Part shown: positions 1 to 11,427 of the stretch, piece after piece
How positions within the stretch are numbered: the first letter of the stretch is position 1
Layout of the letters: the number at the start of each line of letters is the position of its first letter
Assembly: GCA_965235115.1 (NCBI GenBank)
Contig: OZ249436.1
Span: forward strand, 29,390,001-29,450,000
Source: Laetmonice hystrix
Lineage: Eukaryota
Direction of reading: 5' to 3'
DNA length: 60,000 nucleotides
Notes under the pieces: model-generated
The model's input: the letters and a program-made list of their open reading frames with translations, nothing else
What the model was told of the DNA's origin: nothing
Database searches by the model: none
Program-made: the position numbers and the translations under genes

Positions 1-608
1 GAATTTTGCTGCCTTAGAAATGCCTCGGACTCTGCCTTTTACCAAGTAGCTTGTCACTGCAATGGTATACTGGAATGTAAACATGTCTGGTGTTGATCCG
101 AAAAGAGGAAGTGCACATATGGAATCTTATCATGTTAGATACTGTTCCTTTGATTGCTGCGAAATCCTTCACCTCAAGAGTTCATCCTTGTAAATAATCG
201 TACGGATGTTTGTGTCATCAATTTCCTAGTTCAGTAGATCTTGGTGTGAAATGTTTAAAGATCTGAGTGGATGACTAATGTAAAGCTGCTTATCTAAATA
301 CCTAACTTTTATTTAAACGATTCCTAATACATGTAATCCATAACGTCGTCCAGAAATTATATCTTTCTCGAACTAGTTCTGTCCAGGCCTCTGCAGCCTT
401 TTCTCCTAACCATACGGAAACTTAAAGATTGCGGTCAACTCAAGCTTAAAAACGCTTTTCCACAACTCTAAAAAAAGCAATAATATTATGACAGCTGCAT
501 ACTGCACGGTACCGACAATTTGCAGTTCTCATGTGATTAAAAACTGATGGCATTATATATGCTTCCTAAATGTACTTCTACATTCTTGCCCGCCATGCAC
601 TAGGCGTT

Positions 609-908
609 TCACACGTGGGTGGAAGGGCTTGAGCCCGGCTTGTCTCCGTGAAGTGTCTTGAAATGACGTGCCAGGTTGTCGGTGCGTGAAAAGCGTGCCC
701 CACACACTGAACACACATGAGGTTTGTCTCCTGTGTGCGTCAGCATGTGGCGCTGCAGTTTACCACTGATGTAAAAGATTTTTCCACAAACGTTGCAAAC
801 GTGATTGGCTGACGGCGACCTGCCTGTTGGATCTTCTGTTTTACGATACACACTTCCGTCTTTCCAGAGGTCCAGCTGTCCAGTGGCCTCCAGCCATAAG
901 CCAGTAGT
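609..908 (-). CDS. Variable terminal exon V46 (2 C2H2 fingers) of the multi-isoform zinc-finger gene
   Basis: Acceptor ttatcttccag|ACT, phase 0; open frame into CNVC..HMLTH-TGDKP-CSVC..RTDNLARHFKTLH; own stop. Confidence 0.85.
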   Translation of the reverse strand, partial: TTGLWLEATGQLDLWKDGSVYRKTEDPTGRSPSANHVCNVCGKIFYISGKLQRHMLTHTGDKPHVCSVCGARFSRTDNLARHFKTLHGDKPGSSPSTHV

Positions 909-1044
909 CTGGAAGATAACAAGCGAGTGGCTTAGCCTTATAACTTACTACGGTTTTTGTGGGCATGACTCAATACAAACTGATGGAAACCATCTACAGG
1001 AGTGAACCCCTTCCTTGGTGAATTTATATCGGCTACCCAACGCC

Positions 1045-1356
1045 TCATTCTGTAGAACCTTCGGATGGATGAAAACGTTTGACATGGCGACTTAAGTTAT
1101 CGGCCCTTGAGAAGCGCACGCCGCACACGCCACACCCGTGAGGCCGATGTCCGGTGTGGGTCAGCATGTGCCGAGCGAACTGCGCGTACACTTCTTTTCC
1201 ACAAATATGACATTTCTGTGGCTGGCCGTCAGTTGTGGGGCCAGCACTTGGGACGTTCTTGAGACGCCAGGCCGACCCGCTCGACACTGTTACTGCCCCG
1301 GTCATATTTTCCATCTGGTCCAATTGTATGGATGAGGACAGCCATTGTTCATCAGT
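1045..1356 (-). CDS. Variable terminal exon V45 (2 C2H2 fingers)
   Basis: Acceptor gtatcttccag|ACT, phase 0; CHIC..HMLTH-TGHRP-CGVC..RADNLSRHVKRFH; own stop. Confidence 0.85.
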   Translation of the reverse strand, partial: TDEQWLSSSIQLDQMENMTGAVTVSSGSAWRLKNVPSAGPTTDGQPQKCHICGKEVYAQFARHMLTHTGHRPHGCGVCGVRFSRADNLSRHVKRFHPSEGSTE

Positions 1357-1657
1357 CTGGAAGATACATGTAATAATCTTTCTTACTAGCCGATCACGGT
1401 AGGCACGCCGTTTTTAATTATAGTACAATTTCTGACATGTCTCACCACACCTGTTGATATACCATCCTATATCTAGAGGTTACTACAGACCAAGACCCTT
1501 TCCTGTTTGCGGGAATATCTACACCTTGAATGCTGGACTTCATCCCTCGTCATGCCAAGTCTACAAGAATCCAACAGACTTCTTATGGCAAAATTCCTTT
1601 ACAGAAAAAAAAACACATCCGAAACTTATTTCTGGATACCTCGGCAAGACTTGGTTT

Positions 1658-1924
1658 CTACTGTGCATGACTTCTCTCGTGTCTTTGCAAGGAGTCTTTC
1701 CTTGAGAAAAGACGTCCACAGACACTACAACCAAAAGCCCTCTCGCCAGTGTGTGTTATCATATGCCTCTGTAAGTGTGCATTTGTGCCAAAGTTTTGAC
1801 CACAAGTAGGACACTGCCGCCTCTCCTTGCTGTTCGGTGTGTCGCTCCTTGTAGGATCTGCTGGTTGGCCGAGCAGATTTATAAACGCCTGCTTGGATTC
1901 AGCCCCTTTCCATTGCCCTAACAT
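1658..1924 (-). CDS. Variable terminal exon V44 (2 C2H2 fingers)
   Basis: Acceptor ctctcttgcag|ATG; CPTC..HMITH-TGERA-CSVC..RKDSLQRHERSH; paralogous to V43. Confidence 0.85.
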   Translation of the reverse strand: MLGQWKGAESKQAFINLLGQPADPTRSDTPNSKERRQCPTCGQNFGTNAHLQRHMITHTGERAFGCSVCGRLFSRKDSLQRHERSHAQ

Positions 1925-2436
1925 CTGCAAGAGAGCATGGCACAGTCTGAGTCAACGTTTTTGGTCTACACCTGCTACAAATATTGTGGTCCTATGATTC
2001 TGGGTGTTAGACCCATCACGGCAGACAATTGAATTTATTTAAAGATGCACCCATACGGTAGTCGTCAATGCAATGTCTCATGTATTGGCTTTACTCAATC
2101 AATCCCCGGACGTCATGAGTGACTGCTGTCCTTAATCATTGTGGTATACGTAAGAACAAAAGCTCGTTTTGGCAAAACGGCCCGTCGGCCTCTAGTCTGC
2201 TGTTTTTGCTAATTAATTACTCAATACTGTTTTCCCCGTGCCAGCATCAGCTGAAGACAACCAGTAACCATGCCAATCCTTTGAAAATATAATGTCTCTG
2301 ACACAGTATATGAGCAACCGTCGCACGCCTCCAAATTTATTTTTATATCAGCCTCTCATTTAAGCAGCATCTCTAGTCGTCACTTCACGATTTCCTACAT
2401 AAAACTATTCCTTCCATATCTTTTCGACATACTGAC

Positions 2437-2733
2437 TTAGAAATCAGTTCTTGGTCTGCATGTGTGTGAACTTTTCACATGCCTTGAAAGGGTATCTTTC
2501 CGTGCGAAACCGGTATTGCAATTGGGACATTGAAACGGTTTCTCTCCTGTATGAGTTAACATATGCCTCTGTAAGTGTGAAGTGTAGACAAATGTCATCC
2601 CACATCTAAAACATTGCAGTTCCTCCTTGCGATTTGCCTTTTTGGCGCTTGTTAAATTTGGACGATCTGTAGATGATCCAAGGGGAATCAAAATCGTCTG
2701 CTCGCTTTCACTCTCTTTCCATTCACCTAACAT
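2437..2733 (-). CDS. Variable terminal exon V43 (2 C2H2 fingers)
   Basis: Acceptor ctctcttgcag|ATG; CFRC..HMLTH-TGEKP-CPNC..RKDTLSRHVKSSH. Confidence 0.85.
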   Translation of the reverse strand: MLGEWKESESEQTILIPLGSSTDRPNLTSAKKANRKEELQCFRCGMTFVYTSHLQRHMLTHTGEKPFQCPNCNTGFARKDTLSRHVKSSHTCRPRTDF

Positions 2734-2848
2734 CTGCAAGAGAGGATGACAGAGTCTGAGTCAAGCATTTCATACTGAATAAATGCTCTCGAATAACGCC
2801 GTCGCTCGATCCATAGCGACCGCTCTTTGTCTATATGAAACCAGTTTC

Positions 2849-3232
2849 TTATGAAATGCCATGGACTGTCTGCATGTGCCTGGAAAGAGAATCTTTCCTG
2901 GCAAAGGCAGTAATGCAAAGTGGGCAGGGGAAAGGTCTTTCACCGGTGTGCGACAACATGTGGCGCTTAAGTTTCCATGAATAGGCAAACGCTTTCCCAC
3001 ACACATCGCACGTAGCCGTTTTGACTGGTGGCGATGATGTAAGTTTGCTTGGAGAGTCATTGCTACTCAGGGCAATGCGTCTATTTGCATCTTCTGGGTG
3101 AGGCATTGACCTGGCTGCACCGGCATCATATCTGTACTGCTGTGCTGTATCCAACATAGTAAGCTTTGGGCCACCGGCACCAGTGGTTTGATCCTGGTTC
3201 CTCACAGGTGTTGCTCCCTCTCTCCATGCTGT
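2849..3232 (-). CDS. Variable terminal exon V42 (2 C2H2 fingers)
   Basis: Acceptor actcttgcag|ACA; CDVC..HMLSH-TGERP-CPLC..RKDSLSRHMQTVH. Confidence 0.85.
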   Translation of the reverse strand, partial: TAWREGATPVRNQDQTTGAGGPKLTMLDTAQQYRYDAGAARSMPHPEDANRRIALSSNDSPSKLTSSPPVKTATCDVCGKAFAYSWKLKRHMLSHTGERPFPCPLCITAFARKDSLSRHMQTVHGIS

Positions 3233-3490
3233 CTGCAAGAGTTGTAAAAAATGTACTCGTTTAGCTCCTTCAGGACGACATTTCTCTCTCTTCGCCATGG
3301 GCAGTCAGTACAAGTATATTGTCTTTGTGAAAGGGTCCTAAACTCTAACCCCTCCTTCAATCGAATACTCCGCCGCATGGAAACCCTTAGGGCTTCTACA
3401 CAAACACAACGACATACATGTACATATGTGGGGTTTCCGATATGGCACGAAATAGTCTTTCATGATGATGCTGAAAAGAACGTATTTCCT

Positions 3491-3913
3491 TCATTTGTGT
3501 ACCAAAATGACATGCCTTGTAAGGGTGTCCTTTCGTCCGAACGTGGCACCACAGGAGGAACACACGAACGGCCTTTCTCCCGTGTGGCACCGTTTGTGGC
3601 GGATTAACTGCCATGTATGTACGAAATGTTTCCTGCAGATGTCACAAGCTACCTTTCCTTTCTGGGTTGACGGAGAGCTTTGGTTTACTGGCTCTACCTT
3701 TCCTAAACATCCACTCTGGGTTAACGGATAACCTTGGTTTACTGGCCGTAAGTAGGTAGCGGCAAGTGGATCTTTTCGGTCATCTGGCCCAACCCCAGTG
3801 ACATCACGTTTGTTATTCACCGACTGTGCTGGATCCAACCCCTCCAGTTTCTCGACGTCAAAAGTACGTTCACCGAGAGCCCTCACCCTCTCTGACCCAT
3901 CTTTAACCGATAT
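3491..3913 (-). CDS. Variable terminal exon V41 (2 C2H2 fingers)
   Basis: Acceptor catattgcag|[34 protein letters not shown]. Confidence 0.8.
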   Translation of the reverse strand: MSVKDGSERVRALGERTFDVEKLEGLDPAQSVNNKRDVTGVGPDDRKDPLAATYLRPVNQGYPLTQSGCLGKVEPVNQSSPSTQKGKVACDICRKHFVHTWQLIRHKRCHTGERPFVCSSCGATFGRKDTLTRHVILVHK

Positions 3914-4316
3914 CTGCAATATGCGCAAAATATGCAAGTGTTATATTTTACTGTCGCACTATGAAATTAACCTTCTTATTTGAAATACACCAGGTATAAA
4001 TGATAGTAACCCAATCATTATGATGGGTAGGGAACAACCAGTTTGGATGACTTTGCTTTGATGCGACGTCTTGAAACTTATCTCCCTTCACCTACTATTA
4101 GTCTGGCAAGAAGCAACTTTTCTTATACTACACATTTTGTTATAGTTTCGGACATCCGACTATGCTCAGTACACCAACATTCCTTTTATTAAAAGATGTA
4201 TTACTAATGATTGATTACGAGAAAAAATCTGCAGCATCTTTCGGTGGTCAAGTGGAAGCCAGCGTGTTTATAATATGATATTGCCGCGTACTGTACCGAA
4301 AGAGCCTGGTTAAAGA

Positions 4317-4628
4317 TTAGCAAGGTAATTTGAGTTGGTGTCTTGACTTCAAGTGGTTCTTCAAATGATGTCCAAGTGTGAAAGCTGCAGAGCAATATGA
4401 ACACTTGTATGCCCGTTCCCCTGTGTGGCTTCTAAAGTGGCGTGCAAGTTCTGCAGGAACTCGGAACGTACCGCCACATACGGAACAAATATGTGGTTTT
4501 TTCACTGGTGACTGCTTCATCTGAGATTTATGGATCTCTGCTACAGTTTCCAAAGGCCGCACTGACGGGGATGGCCATCCAAGGCCAGGGTCCATTATTC
4601 CTAGGACTTCCCCAGATCTGGCGTTGTC
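4317..4628 (-). CDS. Variable terminal exon V40 (2 C2H2 fingers)
   Basis: Acceptor cgtcttccag|GAC; CSVC..HFRSH-TGERA-CSYC..LGHHLKNHLKSRH. Confidence 0.85.
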   Translation of the reverse strand, partial: DNARSGEVLGIMDPGLGWPSPSVRPLETVAEIHKSQMKQSPVKKPHICSVCGGTFRVPAELARHFRSHTGERAYKCSYCSAAFTLGHHLKNHLKSRHQLKLPC

Positions 4629-4976
4629 CTGGAAGACGTGAAGGGAATAATAGTTAAATATAGAATTAACTGCTAACCCCACTTTTTGATCGAAGTTTTC
4701 ACGCAGCATGCCAAATCTTTTTCTTATGAAAAGATATCTATAAGCCATTCCCCTTGATGTCAGCAGATCTTGGGCAAAAAGCAATAGGTACTTGTATATT
4801 CCATCCTTCAAAAAATACTATTCTGTAGCATTTGATAATTCTTATGTATTGGTCAGTCCATGAAGTTTGCTATATTTCAAGTCAAGAAAATTAAGCATCG
4901 CCGTCACTCATGGCTTTTCCCACGTATGGCGGCAGACTTAGGCAGGTTAGAAAATCAGTTTAGTACTGCCACCTTA

Positions 4977-5075
4977 CTTTTATCTAGCAGTGAATATTAC
5001 CTCTCATTCCTTTTATCTAGCAGTGAATTTTACCCCTTATTCCTTTTATCTAGCAGTGAATATTACCTCTCATTC
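4977..5075. repeat. Short tandem repeat, about 33-bp unit x3
   Basis: tttatctagcagtgaat(a/t)ttacc.ct.attcc occurs three times in tandem. Confidence 0.8.
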
Positions 5076-5449
5076 CAAGACACCCAAAGATGATGGCTGG
5101 CAGAGAACAGTAAACAGTATTTTTCTGACTCTTTATTGGTACATGAATAAAACATCTTACCATTATGCACTACTGATTGACACTACTGAGACCATTACTG
5201 TGGCAAATAGATGATCTCACGAACAAAACGTTTCCTACAACTGTACCGATTTCATTCTTATCGATACTTCTGCCTTTGATGTCGAAATCATCCAATCCAA
5301 TGTATAGACAATCGTAAAACCAGTTAGTGAACGAGAGGTCTCATGCTCAATTTAAAATGTGTTTTATCTGTCTCTACGTACTCTACGTGCCTATTATCCA
5401 TCCTCTTTTTCAGTCTGTATCATCAAAACTGGGTCTATATTTTGCCCCT

Positions 5450-5689
5450 TCATGGTTGTATTGGCGCTGCTCGCCGACTTTCAAGTCCACCTTGATTGCG
5501 AAACTGCGAAAATCCCGAAAAACGCAACCGTCTGACATGTCTCCTGTGGACACAAAGCAGCCTAGTAACCGCAATAAGTTTCCAGTTTCTGCCTGTATTC
5601 TGCTTGACATGGTCTTTGTGTTTGGAAACCAAATGGGAGTAGTGTTCCCGACACTGTAAAACGCGCTTACACAGACGGCGATTGTTTGA
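5450..5689 (-). pseudogene. Degenerate variable exon V39 (no intact C2H2 finger)
   Basis: Array-type phase-0 acceptor tgtttctgcag|TCA and an open frame of typical exon length, but only finger-like remnants (C..C..H..H..TG). Confidence 0.4.
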
Positions 5690-5914
5690 CTGCAGAAACA
5701 TGCTCCCCACATAGATCCTTATCCATAACTACAATTATTGAAGCAATACGTTATCATCATCCGTGATTGCATGGTCCTTATCACCACATAAATACTAGAG
5801 ACCTTTTCTATTGCAGTGCCAATTTTGGCTGGGAACATACTTCAGGGTTCCCAAAACGCCACCAAGATCTATGTACGTCTGAAATCTGCGGGCAGGGACC
5901 TGTGCCTTTGTATT

Positions 5915-6268
5915 TTATACATTTTTTGGCAATTGCCTCTCATGGATTTTCATGTGTTTCTTCAGATCTGAGTTTTGTATTAATCCGAGTCCGCATATTT
6001 TACAGAAGTATTTGCGCACCCCTGTATGACTGAGATAATGCCGCTTCAGGTTACTTGAATTTGTAAATGTTGCTGCACATGTTTCACACTTGAACGGCTT
6101 TTCTCCAGTATGGGTGCGGACATGTATACGGAGGCTGGCTCGCGTCTTGCACTCCTTGCCACAGAATACACAACGATTGCCTCCACCACAGGGACTGCCT
6201 AACACGGGCAAGGGCCAGGTTTGCTGGAACGCCTCACCCTTCAGTCCTGCCTCATTCCTGCCTGCTAG
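5915..6268 (-). CDS. Variable terminal exon V38 (3 C2H2 fingers)
   Basis: Acceptor tgtgtttcag|CTA; CVFC..HVRTH, CETC..HYLSH, CKIC..HMKIH. Confidence 0.85.
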   Translation of the reverse strand, partial: LAGRNEAGLKGEAFQQTWPLPVLGSPCGGGNRCVFCGKECKTRASLRIHVRTHTGEKPFKCETCAATFTNSSNLKRHYLSHTGVRKYFCKICGLGLIQNSDLKKHMKIHERQLPKNV

Positions 6269-6776
6269 CTGAAACACACAACCATTGTGTCTGTTAGAAA
6301 CCTGGCTCTTCCTATGAGGACAGAAATTGAAATTCTACTCTGGTGCGATACAAAGGCGACACCAGTATCTGACACCAGGCTCTTTTTTTATCTAGATTTA
6401 ATTTGACCCTCCACTCTCCCCATCAAAGTTTGTCTTTGTGGCTGTTTGTTTTCAGGTACATATTAATTTCAGCATAATCCACATTTTAAAACATTTTTAC
6501 ATTTAGGCAGTTTGCATGAGCTATCATGGTGCTGTTAGCGCCAAAGTATGTATCATATACATGTACACGTTGACGTCCTAATCCGTCAAGGTACTTACTG
6601 CCTGACCTGGTACAGTTTTAGACAGAATATAATCCAAATATATAAACTATAAATGAAATGTCGCGGTACACAATCCCAAAGTCCCAAAGGGATAAAATAA
6701 AGTCTGTCGCTTATATCTCTGTAAAGTGTAAATGTCTCCACCGTGTCTGATTTGCACGTTTTTCTTTCTGGAGCCA

Positions 6777-7076
6777 TCACTCCAAACAGTGTTGTGTTTT
6801 CATGTGCCTCTTGAGATGATGGTTCAAAGTAAACGCAGTTCCACACTGATGGCATTTATGTCTGCGTTCTCCAGTGTGTGTCAGCATATGTCGCTTTAGT
6901 TTGGAGGCGTTGGCGAACCACATGCCACAAACACTACACTGGAAATTCTTTTGGATTGGGATCAGACTCGTATTTGCAACATGATGCCGACTTGTGGAGA
7001 AGGCTTCGGAGACGGACAATGGGTGCGGCAGGATAGGAGTGTGCGAATCCCCAGGAATCGGAAAGGCAGTAGTGGA
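6777..7076 (-). CDS. Variable terminal exon V37 (2 C2H2 fingers)
   Basis: Acceptor tttgtttcag|TCC; CSVC..ASKLKRHMLTH-TGERR-CHQC..LNHHLKRHMKTQH. Confidence 0.85.
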   Translation of the reverse strand, partial: STTAFPIPGDSHTPILPHPLSVSEAFSTSRHHVANTSLIPIQKNFQCSVCGMWFANASKLKRHMLTHTGERRHKCHQCGTAFTLNHHLKRHMKTQHCLE

Positions 7077-7758
7077 CTGAAACAAACAAACACACAGCAG
7101 GTGTCTCTTGGATAATCTTTTAATATTCAGAGTAATCACACACTGACCAGTACATAACGTAATCCTCATCCCGAACAGACCAACGTATATCACTCCCCTG
7201 ACTCTATCACTATCACCATTCCGAGCGTAATAAACGTGATAAAATCAAATATATTAAAATGGATGTCATAATCAGCTGTCGAACACAACCGGTACTCATT
7301 GGTTACCGCAGGATTTTACTGGCAATACATCTGTATTCTGTTCAGTCTTCAAACTGTATACAATAGAGTTTTTCTAGGAGTTTTTCTATAGTTTCCTCAT
7401 TCTGCTGAAAGCCTGGGCCTTACTCATCTCAACTGAATTTTTTGTCTATTTGAAACAACGATGCATGTCTAAACATTACGTTATAAATAACACTGCAATG
7501 TGATAGTCCTCAACAATAAACCTCTAACCATAACACGATCAACCCTTGCCGCAGTAAAATAAAAAGTGCAGACGAAGTATCACGTTATTTCAAAAGGGTT
7601 CTGAAAATAAGTAAAATAGTCGAGTTGTCGTACAAGAAATCTCCTAATTACTTCATGGCTCCCTCACGTTAAGAGCGAGTTTCTGTTTAGTCATCGCGTA
7701 AAACAAATCCACATTGGTTGCTTAAAATAGGAGCTGGACAATAAGGGCAATTGGCAAA

Positions 7759-8034
7759 TTATTGCTTGTCTGTTCGGACGAGCTGCTGGTGCGTTTTCTG
7801 CAGATGGTTCACCAGGTAGTGGTTGCGTGTAAACGTCATACAACAAAGTGAACACCTGTAGTTGCGTTCACCCGTGTGGATCCTCTCATGTCGTCTCCGG
7901 TTTGACATGTTGGCAAATCCAATCCCACAGAAGGCGCATTTGTACTGCTTCGTATGTGACGAGTGAGCTGCGGTCCGGTCGTGGCTCCGAGACCACACAG
8001 ACCATCGAGTTTCACCTGAACTTGCTGCATGGCA
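7759..8034 (-). CDS. Variable terminal exon V36 (2 C2H2 fingers)
   Basis: Acceptor cctttttcag|TGC; CAFC..HERIH-TGERN-CSLC..RNHYLVNHLQKTH. Confidence 0.85.
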   Translation of the reverse strand, partial: CHAASSGETRWSVWSRSHDRTAAHSSHTKQYKCAFCGIGFANMSNRRRHERIHTGERNYRCSLCCMTFTRNHYLVNHLQKTHQQLVRTDKQ

Positions 8035-8249
8035 CTGAAAAAGGCGACCAAACATATGGGTTGTGATGGGTTGTCTGCCATGGTCACTTAACGTTTTCTA
8101 CACCTAAGCTCAACCGCCCCCCATCCCACAACCCGGTCACTGCTGTTATATGAGCACACATAATGAAACTGTTGAAACACCACATACTTCACTTGCAATA
8201 CTGGTGTTACGTTCCGCTACGTACTGTTCAATGCCAAGACCTGAAGAGC

Positions 8250-8528
8250 TTATTCTTGATACAACGAGTGTATTTTCTCTACGTGTTGGCCAAGCAGGTA
8301 TTTCCGTGTATAGGATTTGGGACAGTGAGGACACTGGTACTTTCTCTCTCCCGTATGAACTCTCTCATGGCGTCTCTGATTAGAGATATCGGCAAATCCC
8401 ACTCCACAGATGGCACATTTGTATGGCTTCACTCTCTCAAAACAGTCTGCTGCTTCTGTAAGTTGGACGCCGTGTAGTGGCCGTGTCTGGTGAATCAAGT
8501 CTCCTGACACCATACGGGAGGGAGGTGA
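8250..8528 (-). CDS. Variable terminal exon V35 (2 C2H2 fingers)
   Basis: Acceptor cttgttccag|TCA; CAIC..HERVH-TGERK-CPHC..RKYLLGQHVEKIH. Confidence 0.85.
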   Translation of the reverse strand, partial: SPPSRMVSGDLIHQTRPLHGVQLTEAADCFERVKPYKCAICGVGFADISNQRRHERVHTGERKYQCPHCPKSYTRKYLLGQHVEKIHSLYQE

Positions 8529-8747
8529 CTGGAACAAGCAACCAAACAAGCGCTCAATTGATTGAGATATTACTCCCTTGATTTACATTAACTTAGTGTG
8601 AACAATCTATGGGTGCTCCCTATAACTTGTGAGGCAGACATAAGCTTCACAAGCTTTGAGATCCATAACACTGGTCGTCAACTGTTGTGCACGCTGCCGT
8701 TTTCACAAAAACCTGCACTGTCCATTTCAATTTCAGGGCCATCTTCA

Positions 8748-9044
8748 TCAAGCTGTGTGTTTGAACCTGATCATGTGCCTTTTCAAATCATGGTTCAATT
8801 TGAAAGCTGATGGGCACACAGGACATTTAAATTTTCTCTCGTCTGTATGAGTCAAATAATGACGCCTTAATTTGGAGGCATTCGGGAATTGTGAAGAACA
8901 TATTTCACAAGTGGAACTGGAAGTGTTTCTAATGTGCACTCTTTGGTCCTGATGTAGCGGCTGCGGAACTGGTGCCTTCAGAAAATCAAGTTGTGAGGTA
9001 TTCCGGCCATACAACCTTTGGATATCCATACTTGTGACTGGGGG
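8748..9044 (-). CDS. Variable terminal exon V34 (2 C2H2 fingers)
   Basis: Acceptor tgtatttcag|CCC; CEIC..HYLTH-TDERK-CPVC..LNHDLKRHMIRFKH. Confidence 0.85.
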   Translation of the reverse strand, partial: PPVTSMDIQRLYGRNTSQLDFLKAPVPQPLHQDQRVHIRNTSSSTCEICSSQFPNASKLRRHYLTHTDERKFKCPVCPSAFKLNHDLKRHMIRFKHTA

Positions 9045-9298
9045 CTGAAATACAGAAAGACACATAATAATCTGTGGATCTTTTAGGTTTATTCTTTCAG
9101 GGTACCTTCATAGACAAACTGGACCGGAGTGCCATCTGTCAAACATAAGGCAAATTACGGTTGTTATAAAGAAACAAATATCCTCCGACAGATAAACTAA
9201 AGTTAACTGCCGGGAATAGGAATCCCATTCCTCTTGGAGGGAGGGGGAATTCAAGATCTATGACGTACAAACTCAACTCTTGCACGGATCACAGAAAT

Positions 9299-9616
9299 TT
9301 ATGACTTGTGTTTCCGTCTGATGTGTTTCCTCAGATCCTGGTTCAATTTAAACTCGCCCGGACAGAGAGGGCATTTGAAATTCCGTTCTGATGTGTGTGT
9401 CGTGTAATGCCGCTTTAATTTCGAGGCATACAGAAACTGAGAACAACAGATTTCACATGTAAAACGTTTTTCCAAGACTTGGCCTTGAACCTGACTATGA
9501 AGCATTCCTTGACATGTCGTTTGAAACGGGTGGCCGGGCTTGGAAGCACTCAGACCACTTGCCACGTGTGGTACGTGGCATTCCGTACTGCGATGTTCAG
9601 AGCCTCTGGCAGCAAA
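9299..9616 (-). CDS. Variable terminal exon V33 (2 C2H2 fingers)
   Basis: Acceptor tgtatttcag|TTT; CEIC..HYTTH-TSERN-CPLC..LNQDLRKHIRRKH. Confidence 0.85.
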   Translation of the reverse strand, partial: FAARGSEHRSTECHVPHVASGLSASKPGHPFQTTCQGMLHSQVQGQVLEKRFTCEICCSQFLYASKLKRHYTTHTSERNFKCPLCPGEFKLNQDLRKHIRRKHKS

Positions 9617-10057
9617 CTGAAATACACAAAAGAATACCATCGTTGGGCTATGAACTTCTTCTTTACGTTTTTCCACGTCTTCAGTTCATCAGACAAAAAT
9701 AGTGCTTTGGATTTCCCACAACCTGTTCCCAAGTATCTCTCCCCCCTAACATAAAGGAACTTCTCCACGTTCATATATTTTCCTATTGACTCATTTATTT
9801 CAACGGTTTATCAAAGTTTTCTTTTTGTCATTAGCAGACAATTGAACCTATTAACCTCACTCTTAATGTTTTTTTTTACCTAGCTGGCTAGTCCCATTTA
9901 ATCAAACTTTAGATAGCCACAATACCAAATGTCAATGCTTTGCCTTCATTCAGAACAGCCAACGTCTATCTTCCTACTAACATCAGGGCACGGTGACTGT
10001 CTTAAATGATGTATTTTCCCCCACTCGACTGGCAAACCTGAACTTTGTAATAAAAGT

Positions 10058-10372
10058 CTAAGTAGGAAAACATCCATGCTTGAAGTGTTGAGTTTTCATA
10101 TGGCGCGTCAGGTTATGGTTCAGTTTAAAGGTCTGGGGACACAGAGGACAGATGAAGTTCCTCTCACTAGAATGTGTCAGGTTATGTCTCCTTAACTTGG
10201 AAGCATTCGGAAATTGTGAGCAGCAGACTTCACACTTGAAAATCTTTCTAGGGCTCATATCCTGAGCTGCCATTACTGAACGGACTTCGAATGGCTGGCA
10301 AGAATTTGGGTCTGCCACCGTACGTCTCATCTCATAATCCAATCTTCCTTGAGCTGAACCTCTTCCAGCATA
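10058..10372 (-). CDS. Variable terminal exon V32 (2 C2H2 fingers)
   Basis: Acceptor tgtatttcag|TAT, in frame with the listed ORF; CEVC..HNLTH-SSERN-CPLC..LNHNLTRHMKTQH. Confidence 0.85.
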   Translation of the reverse strand, partial: YAGRGSAQGRLDYEMRRTVADPNSCQPFEVRSVMAAQDMSPRKIFKCEVCCSQFPNASKLRRHNLTHSSERNFICPLCPQTFKLNHNLTRHMKTQHFKHGCFPT

Positions 10373-10532
10373 CTGAAATACACAAAACAGAAGTCTGCTT
10401 CAGATTCGGACTTTGTCTGAGCTTCGTATCATAATGTGGACTGGACCTAGTCCTTGGTCATGGCTCCTAAATGAGAATCAACACAGGCAAGACATTCCAC
10501 CTACTAACGGCATCACGATCAACTGGCCCAAG

Positions 10533-10859
10533 TCACCGGGGCGGGTTTAATACAGTCTCCAGGTGAAGACTTTTAACATGTCTTTTGAGGTTATGGTTCA
10601 ATGTAAATGTTGCAGGACAGTGTGAACACTTGAAGTGACGTTCTCCTGAATGGGTAACTTGATGCCTCTTCAGGTTGGAGGCATTTGCCAGCTGAAGACC
10701 ACAAATGGAACACTTGTATTCTTTTCCTGCTGCAGACTGATGCGTCTCCCTAAGGTCAAACACGTGAGGCAAACCTTCAGTCTGCGCTTTCAAATACCAA
10801 GGGGCTGGCATCTCCTTTGGCCGATACGAAACAAGTCGATTCTCACTGGAAGGGGGGCA
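10533..10859 (-). CDS. Variable terminal exon V31 (2 C2H2 fingers)
   Basis: Acceptor tgtgtttcag|TGC; CSIC..HQVTH-SGERH-CSHC..LNHNLKRHVKSLH. Confidence 0.85.
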   Translation of the reverse strand, partial: CPPSSENRLVSYRPKEMPAPWYLKAQTEGLPHVFDLRETHQSAAGKEYKCSICGLQLANASNLKRHQVTHSGERHFKCSHCPATFTLNHNLKRHVKSLHLETVLNPPR

Positions 10860-11118
10860 CTGAAACACACAATCAAACACATGGATTGTGGTTGTTTCGT
10901 CTTTTTTATCATCTACTTACACGCAATCTACTGTGAGAGGACAACACAACAGTGCCTTCTCAGTCACATGTTCAGTTCTGCTATTTACTGGTGATCTGGT
11001 GTACCATGTCTTAAGGTTCTCAGACCACCCATCATTTCCATAAATGGATGCAGTTACTCTTCACACAATGTCTAGTGGTGTCCTTTTGTTTCAATACAAT
11101 TGGCAGGAAGAACCATAC

Positions 11119-11427
11119 TCAATTCCATGACAAGGAATGTTTGATCAAATGTCGTTTGAGGTCATGGTTTCGAGTGTAAACTGCAGGACAGAGGTGGCAC
11201 TGATATTTCTTTTCTCCAGTGTGGACAAACTGGTGCCGCTTTAGGTTCGAAGAACTCGCTAGCAATATTCCACATACGGGACACTGAAATCGCTTCCCGG
11301 ATCCTAATTCTTGCCAAGACTTGAATGCGGCTGTCTCAGACTCCTGTTCATCTGAATCTGCTGGCACAGGATGCTTGTGTTGGATTCCTGCATGTAACGT
11401 CTGGTGACCAACCTCTGAGACTTCAGA
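11119..11427 (-). CDS. Variable terminal exon V30 (2 C2H2 fingers)
   Basis: Acceptor tgtgtttcag|TCT; CPVC..HQFVH-TGEKK-CHLC..RNHDLKRHLIKH. Confidence 0.85.
   Translation of the reverse strand, partial: SEVSEVGHQTLHAGIQHKHPVPADSDEQESETAAFKSWQELGSGKRFQCPVCGILLASSSNLKRHQFVHTGEKKYQCHLCPAVYTRNHDLKRHLIKHSLSWN

Noticed and set aside
1490..1570. Acceptor-like site (ttcttgtag|ACT) between V44 and V45
   Set aside because: In-frame stop after six codons and no finger motif.
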